Shown piece by piece: positions 1 through 9,859 of a stretch of 64,000 bases of DNA (position 1 is the first letter of the stretch; the number at the start of each line of letters is the position of its first letter). Source of the stretch: an uncultured Akkermansia sp. (GTDB lineage: Bacteria > Verrucomicrobiota > Verrucomicrobiia > Verrucomicrobiales > Akkermansiaceae); assembly GCA_904502165.1 (NCBI GenBank), contig CAJGDB010000001.1:2614-66613 (forward strand), in the 5' to 3' direction. The notes under the pieces are model-generated. The model ran no database searches and was not told the origin of the DNA. It saw only the letters and a program-made list of their open reading frames with translations. A program made the position numbers and the translations under genes.

Positions 1-2
1 AG

Positions 3-1007
3 CTCATCACCGAGGAAGGTCTCGACCCGAACCTCGACCTGCCTTTCAAGGGTAACTTCGACATTCCCCGCCTCCGCAAGCTGATTCAGGAGGTTGGTCC
101 GGAGCACGTTCCCTTTGTGCGTATCGAAGCCGGCACGAACCTGATTGGTGGCCAGCCTCTTTCCATGGAGAACATGCTTGAGGTTGCTGCTGTATGTAAG
201 GAATTCGGCGTTATGTCTGTACTGGATGCTTCTCTGCTCCAGGACAACCTGTACTTCATCAAGACCCGCGAAGAGGCTGCCAGGAATATGACCATCGCAG
301 AAATCATCCGCAAGCTTGCTGATGCGATGGACTTGATTTACTTCTCCAGCCGCAAGCTGGGCTTTGCCCGCGGTGGTGCCATCATCTCCAACAACGAGAA
401 ACTTATCCTCAAGATGAAGGCCTTCATCCCGCTGTACGAAGGTTTCCTGACCTACGGCGGTATGGAAGTGCGTGCCATGGAGGCTATGGCCATTGGTCTG
501 CTGGAGACTCTGGACGAAGAAATCATCAACCAGGGCCCTATCTTCATTGAATACCTGGTGAAGGAGCTTTCCGAATACGGCGTGCCGATGGTGAAGCCCG
601 CCGGTGGCCTCGGCGCACACATCAACGCTTCTGAGTTCTTGCCTGACATTCCGCACGAGCAGTACCCCGCAGGTGCTCTGGCTACGGCCCTCTACATCGC
701 CGGCGGTATCCGAGGCATGGAGCGTGGTTCCCTTTCCGAGCAGCGCAACCCCGACGGCTCTGAGAACTACGCTGAGCTAGAGCTGGTGCGTCTGGCCTGC
801 CCGCGCCGTGTGTTCACGCTTTCTCAGGTGAAGTACTGCGCTGACCGCGTGAAGTGGTTGTACGACAACCGTCACCTCATCGGTGGTCTGAAGTGGGTGG
901 AAGAGCCCGAGGTGCTCCGCTTCTTCTTCGGCCGCCTGCAGCCGCTGAGCGACTGGCAGGAGAAGCTGGCCGCCAAGTTCCGCGAGGACTTCGGCGACAG
1001 TCTGTAA
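3..1007 (+). CDS. tnaA: Tryptophanase / tyrosine phenol-lyase family PLP beta-eliminating lyase (5' end outside window)
   Basis: Frame open from window edge; motifs FKGNFD, GGQPLSM, PLYEGFLTYGG, GGIRGMERG, ELVRLACPRRVFT, LRFFFGRL; probable PLP lysine in FSSRK. Confidence 0.85.
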   Translation, partial: LITEEGLDPNLDLPFKGNFDIPRLRKLIQEVGPEHVPFVRIEAGTNLIGGQPLSMENMLEVAAVCKEFGVMSVLDASLLQDNLYFIKTREEAARNMTIAEIIRKLADAMDLIYFSSRKLGFARGGAIISNNEKLILKMKAFIPLYEGFLTYGGMEVRAMEAMAIGLLETLDEEIINQGPIFIEYLVKELSEYGVPMVKPAGGLGAHINASEFLPDIPHEQYPAGALATALYIAGGIRGMERGSLSEQRNPDGSENYAELELVRLACPRRVFTLSQVKYCADRVKWLYDNRHLIGGLKWVEEPEVLRFFFGRLQPLSDWQEKLAAKFREDFGDSL

Positions 1008-1043
1008 AAATGTTGCAGAAAAGCAGGCTGAGCTTGCATAAGC

Positions 1044-1073
1044 AAAACCGCTGGCGATGTAGCCGGCGGTTTT
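1044..1073 (+). terminator. Intrinsic terminator after tnaA-like gene
   Basis: AAAACCGCTGGC-gatgta-GCCGGCGGTTTT hairpin with one G:U pair. Confidence 0.7.
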
Positions 1074-1120
1074 CTTGTTGACAAAGGAAAGGAAAATAGG
1101 ATATAAAATGTGTCTGGAAC

Positions 1121-2095
1121 GTGAATATCATGAATGCTTTTCATAAGGTAATAGCTTGTTTCTGTCTGTGGTTTCCCATGGCTGCAGCAGAGGGCGATTC
1201 AGGCAACACTTCCATAAAGAGGGCTGCCGCTCTGCCGGGAGAATGTTACAGGCTTAAAGAGGGCTCACCGAAGGAAAGTCTTGCAGTGGTCAAAGAGTTT
1301 GTGGATGCCGGCTGGGATGCAGGGAAATTGGAGAGCCTCTCGAAGAGCGATTGTCTGCTTTATGGCACAAGCTTTTATTTGCCCCTGTGTTCCTCGTCTG
1401 TCGTTCCTTCATGTTTCATGATGAATGATGGGCAGAGTGGCGGCGTACTCGTTTTGTACAAAGGCGTTGTGGAGGCTCCCGTGAGTGGTAGGTTTCGCTT
1501 TGTGGGGATGGGGGATGATATGCTGCTGGTGCGTTTTGGCGAGAAACTTGTGTTGAAGTCCGGCACGATGCAGCTGGATGAGTTGGGTGCAACAGAACCA
1601 AGGTCAAAAAAAACGGCCTCGCGGCGTCAGAAGGAGGAAAAAGTCAGGGTTCCCGGCGCTGAAACGTGGAACAGCGAATGCGGTGGCTTATCTGCTGGCG
1701 AGCCCTTTCATGTGGAAAAGGGGCGTACATACGAGATGCAGGTTCTTTATGCTGATGCTGGCGGCAAAGGTGGTTTCTGCCTTCTGATGCAGCGTCTTGA
1801 CCAGAAGCCATTGAAAGTGGTGGATGTGGAAGATGAAGATGCTCTGGATATATTCCGCCTGGGCAGTCGTCTGCCTGATAAACAAATGTTTTCAAACATG
1901 TTACGGAGATATATGCAGGGCCAGCCGATGGAGTGGATTCTCTTCCGGGAAGACAGCCTCATCTGGCATTCTCGTCTGGATGCAGCCGATTCCGTTCTTG
2001 AAGAAAAAGCGCAGACCGATGCCCGGAAAAAGGGAGGTGCTCCCCGGAAGAAAAAGAAGAAAGATAAGAAATTGCGTGGCTCCCGAAAGCGCTGA
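1121..2095 (+). CDS. Exported hypothetical protein with PA14-like beta-sandwich segment and Lys/Arg-rich tail
   Basis: Signal-like N-terminus; YKGVVEAPVSGRFRFVGMGDDMLLVRF resembles the PA14 core; TTGACA upstream at 1078. Confidence 0.6.
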   Translation: MNIMNAFHKVIACFCLWFPMAAAEGDSGNTSIKRAAALPGECYRLKEGSPKESLAVVKEFVDAGWDAGKLESLSKSDCLLYGTSFYLPLCSSSVVPSCFMMNDGQSGGVLVLYKGVVEAPVSGRFRFVGMGDDMLLVRFGEKLVLKSGTMQLDELGATEPRSKKTASRRQKEEKVRVPGAETWNSECGGLSAGEPFHVEKGRTYEMQVLYADAGGKGGFCLLMQRLDQKPLKVVDVEDEDALDIFRLGSRLPDKQMFSNMLRRYMQGQPMEWILFREDSLIWHSRLDAADSVLEEKAQTDARKKGGAPRKKKKKDKKLRGSRKR

Positions 2096-2096
2096 T

Positions 2097-2684
2097 TCAG
2101 GTGCGCCCGGAAGGCTGTGCTTTCTTCTGGCGTGCCAGATAGCTTTCAAGCGAAGGGGGCAGCCAGCCGTCGGGGATGGGATGCCCCTGTTGCAGGGCTT
2201 TGCGGATACCCGATGATGAGGCCGGGTGCATTCCGACGCAGATGAACGTGCTGCGTACGCCCACGCGTGGCTGCGGAACTTCCTCCCGGTGGTATACAAT
2301 GAAGTGGAGCAGCTCGCAGAGATAGTCGTAGCGGGCCCAGCGGTGCAATTGCTCCCATTGATCTGTCCCCATGAGCCAGAAAAGCTCATCCTTCGGGTGA
2401 GCCTGGTGAAAATGCTCGGCCAGTCTCCAGCTCCAGCTGGGTGGGGGAAGCTGCAGATCAAGCTTATTTACACTGGCCCAGGGAAATTTCTTTGTAGCCA
2501 GGTGAAGCATCTCCAGGCGTTCAGCATCAGAGAAATACGAGCTTGAGCCTTGCTTGAAAGGCGAGCATGCTGCAGGCAGAAAGATAATCTCATCAAGCCC
2601 GCAAATCTGCTGCGCGGCGGCGGCAATGGTGAGATGTCCCGCATGCACCGGGTCGAACGAACCGCCGAACAGACACGTTTTCAT
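2097..2684 (-). CDS. nadD: Nicotinate-nucleotide adenylyltransferase
   Basis: LFGGSFDPVHAGH (HxGH), WLMGTD, ASSSGIR. Confidence 0.92.
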   Translation of the reverse strand: MKTCLFGGSFDPVHAGHLTIAAAAQQICGLDEIIFLPAACSPFKQGSSSYFSDAERLEMLHLATKKFPWASVNKLDLQLPPPSWSWRLAEHFHQAHPKDELFWLMGTDQWEQLHRWARYDYLCELLHFIVYHREEVPQPRVGVRSTFICVGMHPASSSGIRKALQQGHPIPDGWLPPSLESYLARQKKAQPSGRT

Positions 2685-3367
2685 CAGAGACCGTTAGTGT
2701 TCTTATAGGGAATGAAAGAACCAATGGGCAGCTTTACAAACTTTTTCTCAACAGGCAGACGGCGGTAGTGCTTGATGAACTCGGTCAGGTTACCATAGTT
2801 GACGCTGTTCTTGGCAACGCCTTGGTGACCACAGTTCACATCCACATTGAAATGAAGCTCTGCATGCAGGTGGGCAGGGAACATGCCGTTATTCGTGCCA
2901 ATGGTGCCGACCTGCGTGCCCCTGCCAACAATCTGGCCCAGCCGCACATCAATGCGGTCAAGATGCCCGTACAGCGTCTGGCAGCAGAGGACCTTGCCGG
3001 ATTTGGGTTCGCGGAAGGCATGCCGCACAATAACGACTTTGCCCCAGCGGCCGCGGGCATCTGCTGCGTATGTCACCAGCCCCAGACCGATGGAATAAAC
3101 GGGGTCGCCCTCATCACTGTTGCCGCCTCCATTGCCATTCCAATCCTCGCCCAGGTGGCGGGGGGTAGCAAGGCGCAGTCCGCGGGATTTGTAGTATCCT
3201 TTGCCGTCGGGCTTGCCTACCGGAAAATCGAAACCATCGGCCAGGGGAACAAATGCCCACTTGCCATCCGGTGTCTTTTTTGCCATTACCACGGCATCAG
3301 CCTGCATACCGGCTACTGCCAGCACAAGGGCTGACACAAGGAACAGAAGTCGGAGCACACGCAACAT
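2684..3367 (-). CDS. M23 family metallopeptidase, exported
   Basis: HLGED, TLYGHL, HLHAE zinc motifs; signal peptide. Confidence 0.88.
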   Translation of the reverse strand: MLRVLRLLFLVSALVLAVAGMQADAVVMAKKTPDGKWAFVPLADGFDFPVGKPDGKGYYKSRGLRLATPRHLGEDWNGNGGGNSDEGDPVYSIGLGLVTYAADARGRWGKVVIVRHAFREPKSGKVLCCQTLYGHLDRIDVRLGQIVGRGTQVGTIGTNNGMFPAHLHAELHFNVDVNCGHQGVAKNSVNYGNLTEFIKHYRRLPVEKKFVKLPIGSFIPYKNTNGL

Positions 3368-3373
3368 GCATGC

Positions 3374-3402
3374 ATGCTACCACAAGAGCCCCCACCTGGC
3401 AA
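3374..3402 (-). promoter_or_regulatory. sigma70-type promoter for M23 gene (leaderless geometry)
   Basis: TTGCCA-17nt-TAGCAT (extended TG), 6 nt before ATG. Confidence 0.65.
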
Positions 3403-3459
3403 GCATCAAAATTGCCATGCAGATGGATGAGTTGTATGCCATACCTGCTCTGAATGCGT

Positions 3460-3488
3460 TTGACAAAACACCCACTCTCTGGTAAATT
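3460..3488 (+). promoter_or_regulatory. sigma70-type promoter for fucosidase (leaderless geometry)
   Basis: TTGACA-17nt-TAAATT (extended TG), 7 nt before ATG 3496. Confidence 0.7.
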
Positions 3489-3495
3489 CCCCAGT

Positions 3496-4968
3496 ATGAG
3501 AGCGCTGGATATAATGTTGACGCTGGCTGCCGGTGCGCTGGCCTGTGCCGCACAGGATTCTGTTCCGGAAATGCCTGCTGATACACCCTCTGCAAAGATG
3601 ACGGAGGGTTCGTCTGCGCGAGATGCCCGTATGAAGTGGTGGCGCGATGCCAAGTTCGGTATGTTCATCCATTATGGCCTCTATTCCGGGCTGGCTGGTG
3701 AATTCAAGGGTGTTCCCGGCGGAGGAGAGTGGATTCAATGCAACCTGGGGCTGGATACAGACACGTATGCAGCTGAAACGCTGCCCCTGTTTCGCCCGGC
3801 ACCTGGCTGCACCGAGGCATGGGCTGCTCTTGCAAAGGAAGCTGGCTGCCGTTACATGGTTCTCACATCAAAGCATCACGAGGGCTTTGCCTTGTTTGAT
3901 GCCGCCAATAGCGACTATTGCTCCGGCAAGCTGCTCGGGCGCGATATCGTGAAGGAATTTGCCGATTCTGCCAGAGCTGCCGGCATGCGCGTAGGCCTGT
4001 ATCACAGTGTGATTGATTGGCACCAGAAGGATTACGACAATACCATCTGCCCGGATTTGTGCTACCCCGCAGGGCAGGCCGCCATGCTCAAAGAAAAACA
4101 GATTCCCCGTAACCATGCAGCCTATCAGGAATACCTGCATCAGCAGGTGCGCCAGCTTGTGCGTAATTACGGGCCTATCGACATCATGTGGTGGGATTAC
4201 TCACAGGGCAATCTGTCCGGCGAGGCATGGAAGGCTCAGGAACTCATGGAAACCTGCCGCCAGGCCAACCCCGGTGTCATTTTCAACAATCGTCTGTACG
4301 CGTTCAGTGGGTTTGATTCATCCCTTGATTCGAGCGCGCTTGATTTCTCACAGGGGGATTTCTCTACCCCGGAGAAGCGGATTCCCCGTGAAGGGTATCC
4401 CGGCCGCGACTGGGAGGCCTGCATGACCATCGGAAACCGCTGGGGTTACCACCGTGAGGACCATCTGCACTACAAGAGCCCGGCCCGTATCATCTGCCAG
4501 CTGCAGGAATGTGCGGCCAAGGGTGGCAATCTGCTGCTCAACATCGGTCCCAGGGCTGATGGGTCTGTTCCTGAGGGAATAGAGGAGGTCTTTCGCCGCG
4601 TCGGTGCCTGGATGAAGGTGAACGGAGAAGCCGTATACAACAGCCGCCCTCTGTCGGAAGATGCATTGGATTTGCCGGAAGAAGTGCTGGCTTCTGTTGT
4701 ATGGGATGATATTTATCTCTTCCTGCCAGATCGAGCCCCCGGAGAGGAGCACATGGATTATGTGCTCAGCATACCTGCCAACCAGGTCAATGCCGTTTAC
4801 CCCACCATCCTCGGGCAGCCGGATTGCGAGGTCACCATGGAGCGTGTGCAGGATGACTCGTCCACGCCTGAAGAACCTGTTTATTATCTTGATATCACCA
4901 TACCAGCCGAAGCATGGGACAATGCCGTGGAAGGCAAGCCGGTGCTGAAGCTGGGCTATGACGGCTGA
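3496..4968 (+). CDS. Alpha-L-fucosidase (GH29), exported
   Basis: WWRDAKFGMFIHYG, TSKHHEGF, MWWD nucleophile, WEACMTI, GGNLLLNIGP; signal peptide from ATG 3496. Confidence 0.92.
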   Translation: MRALDIMLTLAAGALACAAQDSVPEMPADTPSAKMTEGSSARDARMKWWRDAKFGMFIHYGLYSGLAGEFKGVPGGGEWIQCNLGLDTDTYAAETLPLFRPAPGCTEAWAALAKEAGCRYMVLTSKHHEGFALFDAANSDYCSGKLLGRDIVKEFADSARAAGMRVGLYHSVIDWHQKDYDNTICPDLCYPAGQAAMLKEKQIPRNHAAYQEYLHQQVRQLVRNYGPIDIMWWDYSQGNLSGEAWKAQELMETCRQANPGVIFNNRLYAFSGFDSSLDSSALDFSQGDFSTPEKRIPREGYPGRDWEACMTIGNRWGYHREDHLHYKSPARIICQLQECAAKGGNLLLNIGPRADGSVPEGIEEVFRRVGAWMKVNGEAVYNSRPLSEDALDLPEEVLASVVWDDIYLFLPDRAPGEEHMDYVLSIPANQVNAVYPTILGQPDCEVTMERVQDDSSTPEEPVYYLDITIPAEAWDNAVEGKPVLKLGYDG

Positions 4969-4994
4969 TTCCACCCCTCTTCCTATTTACAGAA

Positions 4995-5723
4995 ATGCCT
5001 TATTCCGCTTACAGTTTGCCGCGTGTTGTCGCCGAGCAGTACATTCTGACTGCTGTTCAATCCGAAGATGCCGATACGGTCACCTACGCCGCCTTGCAGA
5101 AAAATATGAGCCGCGAGGTACTCCTCCGCAGCCTGCGGCTGGCCGCCATGCAGGATGACCGGAAAGTGCGCGCCTTTGTGGAAACAGCGCGTCTGCAGGC
5201 CCGGCTGGAGCATCCGAACATTGCCGCTCCCCTTGAATTGCTTGAGTCAGATGGTACATGGCATCTGGCTATGGAACGCATTAAGGGCGAACCCCTGGAT
5301 ATGATGGTAAGCAATGGCCGGGTTCTGCCCTCCTTGGTCATATGCGGCTTGCTTCAGCAGCTTTGCCGCGTGTGTATCTACCTGGATATCGAACGCATTA
5401 ATTCTGTACCCTTTGCCTTGGAAAACACTTTCCTGATGGATGTCGGATTCCGTTTCGGTAACATGGCTCTGGCAGGCCCGCGCCCGCGTAATGCCAGCAA
5501 AAAATACCTGGCAGCGGCCACTCGCCTGGTAGCTCCGCTTCTGGATATGGAAAGCCCGCTTGCCCTGCATATCATGCGGGTGATTGAACACATGCAGAGC
5601 ATGGGCTCATGGAGGCCTCTCACCCCTGTGTACCTCAACGAGGAACTCACCCGCCTGCAGATGGAGATATTGCGTGTGCAGGAGGGCGAGACCGCCCTCG
5701 TTTCCAATGCCTACACGAAATGA
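4995..5723 (+). CDS. Ser/Thr protein kinase-like protein, catalytic motifs degenerate
   Basis: FVETARLQARLEHPNI and LAMERIKGEPL match Hanks-kinase scaffold; no GxGxxG, VAIK, HRD or DFG. Confidence 0.7.
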   Translation: MPYSAYSLPRVVAEQYILTAVQSEDADTVTYAALQKNMSREVLLRSLRLAAMQDDRKVRAFVETARLQARLEHPNIAAPLELLESDGTWHLAMERIKGEPLDMMVSNGRVLPSLVICGLLQQLCRVCIYLDIERINSVPFALENTFLMDVGFRFGNMALAGPRPRNASKKYLAAATRLVAPLLDMESPLALHIMRVIEHMQSMGSWRPLTPVYLNEELTRLQMEILRVQEGETALVSNAYTK

Positions 5724-6970
5724 AATTCAGGAAAATTCTTTGCCGGGTATCAGGGGGAATACTGGGCGCGCTTGCAGTTGTTGCCGCGGGCGGGTATTGC
5801 TGGCTGTATAGCTGGAGCTGGGGTAGCGCTCCCGCTCCTCATGCCGGGTTCTCTCCTGCAGAGGTTAACTTACTTCTGGGGTTCGATAACTACATCGTAA
5901 ATCAGGCGCCATTACTTCTGAATGAGTATATCGAGCAGGAGGTTCTCATGTCTCTCGCTGCCGGCGTTGCTCTCCCCGATGCCCCCGAATCTGCCGAACC
6001 TCAGTTGAGCTGGAAAGAGGAAATCTATCTATCCCTCGTGACGTCCCGGATTTCGCGGCAGTTGCTGGCACCTCTGCGTGAGGATTTCCACCAGGTCTGC
6101 GAGACGGGATCAGCCCGGGGGGCTGATCCTCATCTTGCTGTATTAGCCTTGCAGAAAAAGGATGTGCCGCTTTTCCGCCTGCTGGTAGAGAAGGGGGCAC
6201 CCCTCAAGGCCGTGAACAAGGAAGGAAGAACCATTTATCTGCTGGAGCAGGCCATGTGTGCTTCTGATTTGCAGTCAGACCTTCTTCCGGTATCTGAGAG
6301 GCTCGAGTTGATGGATTGGCTCGTTGCGCGCGGGGCAGATATTCATGAGATAGCGGCAGAGGATGTGCTGCTTCTTGCTGAGGCATCCTTGATGCGGAGC
6401 AATGATGATACCGGAGCCTTGCTTGATTGGTTCCTGCGCCGGGGATATCGATTAGAACCGGCCCGTGTTGCTGCCATATTGTTGCGGTATGCCGGAACCC
6501 AGCCAATCTACCAGAAGCTTGTCGCAGAGAATATCCTGCCGGCTCCTCCCCAGGAACTGATGGTAGCTGACTCCTGCTGCACTTCGCTTCAGCTTGTTGC
6601 CGGTGCTCATGCTCCTGCTCCCGATATGCTGCGCTGGCTGCTTTCATTGGGGCATCAGCCCAACGCCATGCCCGGGGAGGAACCGGGCTGCGCTTCCTCT
6701 CAGAGTGCCCGCTCGCCGCTGGATGCCTGCCTGGCCAGCATGCAATATATGAGCATCGGGCAGGGGGAGGCTGAGGATGCCCGCCTGCGAGGCAAGCTGG
6801 AGATGCTTGATATTCTGCTGCAGCATGGTGCCCGGCCCACGGCTCAGACCCGCGGCTTGCTTCCATTCAACGCTGCACTGGAAAGGGAAATGGTTGCGCT
6901 CTTCCGCAAGCATGGTCACCACATCACCGCAGGAGCAGACCCATATAATGCTTGCTGTGTACCGGATTAA
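5720..6970 (+). CDS. Membrane-anchored ankyrin-repeat-like protein
   Basis: ATGA overlap with upstream stop; N-terminal hydrophobic anchor; repeated LLVEKGA, WLVARGAD, WLLSLGH, ILLQHGA. Confidence 0.65.
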   Translation: MKFRKILCRVSGGILGALAVVAAGGYCWLYSWSWGSAPAPHAGFSPAEVNLLLGFDNYIVNQAPLLLNEYIEQEVLMSLAAGVALPDAPESAEPQLSWKEEIYLSLVTSRISRQLLAPLREDFHQVCETGSARGADPHLAVLALQKKDVPLFRLLVEKGAPLKAVNKEGRTIYLLEQAMCASDLQSDLLPVSERLELMDWLVARGADIHEIAAEDVLLLAEASLMRSNDDTGALLDWFLRRGYRLEPARVAAILLRYAGTQPIYQKLVAENILPAPPQELMVADSCCTSLQLVAGAHAPAPDMLRWLLSLGHQPNAMPGEEPGCASSQSARSPLDACLASMQYMSIGQGEAEDARLRGKLEMLDILLQHGARPTAQTRGLLPFNAALEREMVALFRKHGHHITAGADPYNACCVPD

Positions 6971-6974
6971 CAAA

Positions 6975-7005
6975 ATGCCGCTTCTGCAACAGGCAGAGGC
7001 GGCAT
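6975..7005. terminator. Hairpin between convergent genes
   Basis: ATGCCGCTTCTGC-aacag-GCAGAGGCGGCAT. Confidence 0.6.
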
Positions 7006-7032
7006 GAAAAACTGGTGAAGTTGTAGCTGCTA

Positions 7033-7395
7033 TCAGGCCTGATCGCCGTCGTTCCACTCGATGCGGTTCTCTGGCTTCCAGAGGGCTTCGAGTTCGTAGA
7101 ACTCACGGGTTTCACCGGCCATGACATGCAGCATTACGTCGATATAGTCGAGTACGCACCACAATGCATTGGGTGTGCGTTCGGCGTAGACCGGGGTGAT
7201 TTCGTATTTTTCCCACACTTCCTTATCCACATCGCCCATGATAGCGCGGAGATGTGGTACTGAGGTAGCGGTGCATACCACGGCATAATCCGTAATGGAA
7301 GAAGTGCCGCGCAGGTCATAGATGGCGATATCAGAAGCCTTGGCATCGCATGCCACCTGGGCGCAGGCAAAGGCGAGTTGTTTGCTGTTCATCAT
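7033..7395 (-). CDS. rsfS: Ribosome silencing factor RsfS
   Basis: DLRGTSSITDYAVVCTATS, WCVLDYIDVMLHVM, REFYELEALW. Confidence 0.9.
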   Translation of the reverse strand: MMNSKQLAFACAQVACDAKASDIAIYDLRGTSSITDYAVVCTATSVPHLRAIMGDVDKEVWEKYEITPVYAERTPNALWCVLDYIDVMLHVMAGETREFYELEALWKPENRIEWNDGDQA

Positions 7396-7414
7396 GGTTC
7401 TTTCTGTAAGTAGG

Positions 7415-9724
7415 TTAAAGGTTTTCCTTTCTGGGTTCTTCAAGAGATTCCGTGGATTCCTCCTCGGTAGCAGGGGGCTCATCGTCCGGGGTCTGGAGGT
7501 CGGTGGGCGCATCCTCATCCTCCGGGATGGGCGGGGGCAGCTGGCGCACAGGCGGGTCTGTCATTTCCCCGGTCTCGAGTAGTTCTGCCACCTGCTTGCC
7601 ACTCAGTGTTTCAAACTCGATGAGCTTGTCCGCAATCAGCAGCAGGCGCTCCTTGTTTTCGGTGAGAATGGTGATGGAACGATTGTTGTTCTCGGTGACA
7701 ATGCGGTGGATTTCCTCGTCAATGAGCTGAGCCGTGTGTTCCGAGAAATTGCGGGTGGTCTGGGAAATATCACGCGCCAGGAATACCTCGCTGTGGTTGG
7801 AGCCGTATTCAATCGGGCCGAGCTTATCGCTCATGCCGTATACACACACCATCTTGCGGGCGATGCTGGTGACCTGGTGAATGTCAGCCCGGGCCCCTCC
7901 GGAAACATCTCCGAAGACAACCAGTTCTGCGCTGCGGCCACCCATGGCCATGACAATGTAGTCCTGCAGCTCGCTCTTGTGCTCGCTGAGTTTGTCCTCG
8001 TGCGGCAGCATCATGGTGACACCCAGGGCCGGCCCACGGGGAATGATGGTGACCTTGTGCAGCGGCAGCGTCTTGGCCAGTTCTGTCTTGAGCAGGCAGA
8101 TGGCGTGACCGGCCTCATGCACGGCGGTCATGTATTTTTCCTTGTCCGATACTTCAAGCGAGCGGCGTTCCCGGCCCCAGCGCACTTTCTCGCGGGCTTC
8201 TTCCAGGTCGCTCTGCTGAACTGTGGGCTTGTTGTGACGGGCTGCAATGAGGGCAGCCTCGTTCACCAGGTTGGCCAGCTCTGCACCAGAGAAGCCGGTG
8301 GTGGCGCGGGCAATGGGCCCCAGGTCTACCTCGGGAGCCAGTTTCACCTTGCGGGCATGCACGCGCAGAATCTGCTCACGGCCGGCGGCATCGGGCAGGT
8401 TTACCGTGACCTGGCGGTCAAAACGGCCGGGACGGAGAAGGGCGGGGTCGAGCACATCCACGCGGTTTGTGGCGGCAATGACGATGACATTCTCGTTGGC
8501 GGTAAAGCCATCCATTTCCACCAGAAGGGCATTGAGGGTCTGTTCACGCTCATCGTGGCCGCCACCTACGCCATGACCACGGTGACGCCCCACGGCATCA
8601 ATCTCGTCAATGAAGATAAGGCACGGAGAATGCTTCTTGGCCTCGGCAAACATGTCGCGCACACGGCTGGCACCCACGCCCACAAACATTTCCACGAAGT
8701 CAGAACCGGATATGGTGTAGAAAGGTACACCTGCCTCACCTGCAATGGCGCGTGCCAGCAGGGTCTTACCTGTGCCGGGGGGGCCGACCATGAGCACCCC
8801 CTTGGGGATTGTGCCGCCGAGATTGCGGAATTTCTGGGGATTTCTCAGGAACTCGACGATTTCCCACACTTCCTCCTTGGCTTCGGAAATGCCGGCCACA
8901 TCCTTGAATGTAACTTTATTCTTGGTCGGGTCAAGAAGCCGGGCGCGGCTGCGGGCAAACTTCATGGCACCGCCGGGGCCTCCGCCCTGTGCGCGGAAGA
9001 AGAAGAAGAAAAGCAGCAGTACGATGGCAAAGGGCAGCACATTCATGAGGAATACGCTCCATGTGTTGCTCTCTACTCTGTAACGGACCTGGTTACCCAG
9101 CAGTTCTCGCACCTGGTCGCCCTGGAAGGCTGCATTGAATTCAACGCGGACTGGTTCCAGTTCCTTGAGCTGCAATTTGCTGGTATCGGGCAGGCGGTAT
9201 TCGCCTACAATTACGCCCTGACCGGCAGATTCGTAAATGACCGGGCTGTTGCCGGTGGTGATGATGCGGCCTTCGGCCCCCATGCGGGCAAAGTCATCGG
9301 TGGACCAGATGCGGTCTCCCTGCAGCTCCTGCGGGGCGGAGTCCACGCGCGTGGTCGTGATGCCGAATCGGTTGCACAGGGCGCGGATATCGTCTGATTC
9401 CGTAAAGGGCATGTAGAAGGCTGCTTTGCCGTATTTCGGGGTGTTCCTGTATTCGTAGGCAGTAATGACACCTTCGACAGAGTTGGATTCCAGCGTTACA
9501 TCAATCGGAAAATCCTTGGGCTGGTGAAGCACAACCTTGCCGGCTTTGTAATCCTGCCGGAACTGATCGAGTGTAATGTTGCGACCGGGTGAGGCAAAGG
9601 CGCCATCGAACACGAATGCCACCATGAGGATAGCCAGGATGATAAGCATCAGAATCATGGCACCCCAGTTGGTGTTGCCTCCCGGTGTGGGTAATTTGTT
9701 GGGCTGTTTGTTCGGGTCTGACAT
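7415..9724 (-). CDS. ftsH: ATP-dependent zinc metalloprotease FtsH
   Basis: Two TM helices, [30 protein letters not shown]. Confidence 0.97.
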   Translation of the reverse strand: MSDPNKQPNKLPTPGGNTNWGAMILMLIILAILMVAFVFDGAFASPGRNITLDQFRQDYKAGKVVLHQPKDFPIDVTLESNSVEGVITAYEYRNTPKYGKAAFYMPFTESDDIRALCNRFGITTTRVDSAPQELQGDRIWSTDDFARMGAEGRIITTGNSPVIYESAGQGVIVGEYRLPDTSKLQLKELEPVRVEFNAAFQGDQVRELLGNQVRYRVESNTWSVFLMNVLPFAIVLLLFFFFFRAQGGGPGGAMKFARSRARLLDPTKNKVTFKDVAGISEAKEEVWEIVEFLRNPQKFRNLGGTIPKGVLMVGPPGTGKTLLARAIAGEAGVPFYTISGSDFVEMFVGVGASRVRDMFAEAKKHSPCLIFIDEIDAVGRHRGHGVGGGHDEREQTLNALLVEMDGFTANENVIVIAATNRVDVLDPALLRPGRFDRQVTVNLPDAAGREQILRVHARKVKLAPEVDLGPIARATTGFSGAELANLVNEAALIAARHNKPTVQQSDLEEAREKVRWGRERRSLEVSDKEKYMTAVHEAGHAICLLKTELAKTLPLHKVTIIPRGPALGVTMMLPHEDKLSEHKSELQDYIVMAMGGRSAELVVFGDVSGGARADIHQVTSIARKMVCVYGMSDKLGPIEYGSNHSEVFLARDISQTTRNFSEHTAQLIDEEIHRIVTENNNRSITILTENKERLLLIADKLIEFETLSGKQVAELLETGEMTDPPVRQLPPPIPEDEDAPTDLQTPDDEPPATEEESTESLEEPRKENL

Positions 9725-9825
9725 ATGGTTCTTAAGTGCTTTTTCGCATTGTACCGCAGAATTCAGATTTGCGGAACATTGGATTGTGCCATAAATGCTA
9801 AAAATGGCGTCAGTACACTGTAGAA

Positions 9826-9847
9826 AAGGCGCGGAATGCCGCGCCTT
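9826..9847 (-). terminator. Intrinsic terminator after ribBA
   Basis: AAGGCGCGG-aatg-CCGCGCCTT, followed by T-run on minus strand. Confidence 0.6.
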
Positions 9848-9859
9848 ATTCCATTTTCA

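Noticed and set aside
7706..9397. 563-aa plus-strand ORF (similarly 23767-25281, 36351-38078, 45586-46962, 56355-57980)
   Set aside because: Antisense shadows of ftsH, clpC, gpmI, recJ and metG
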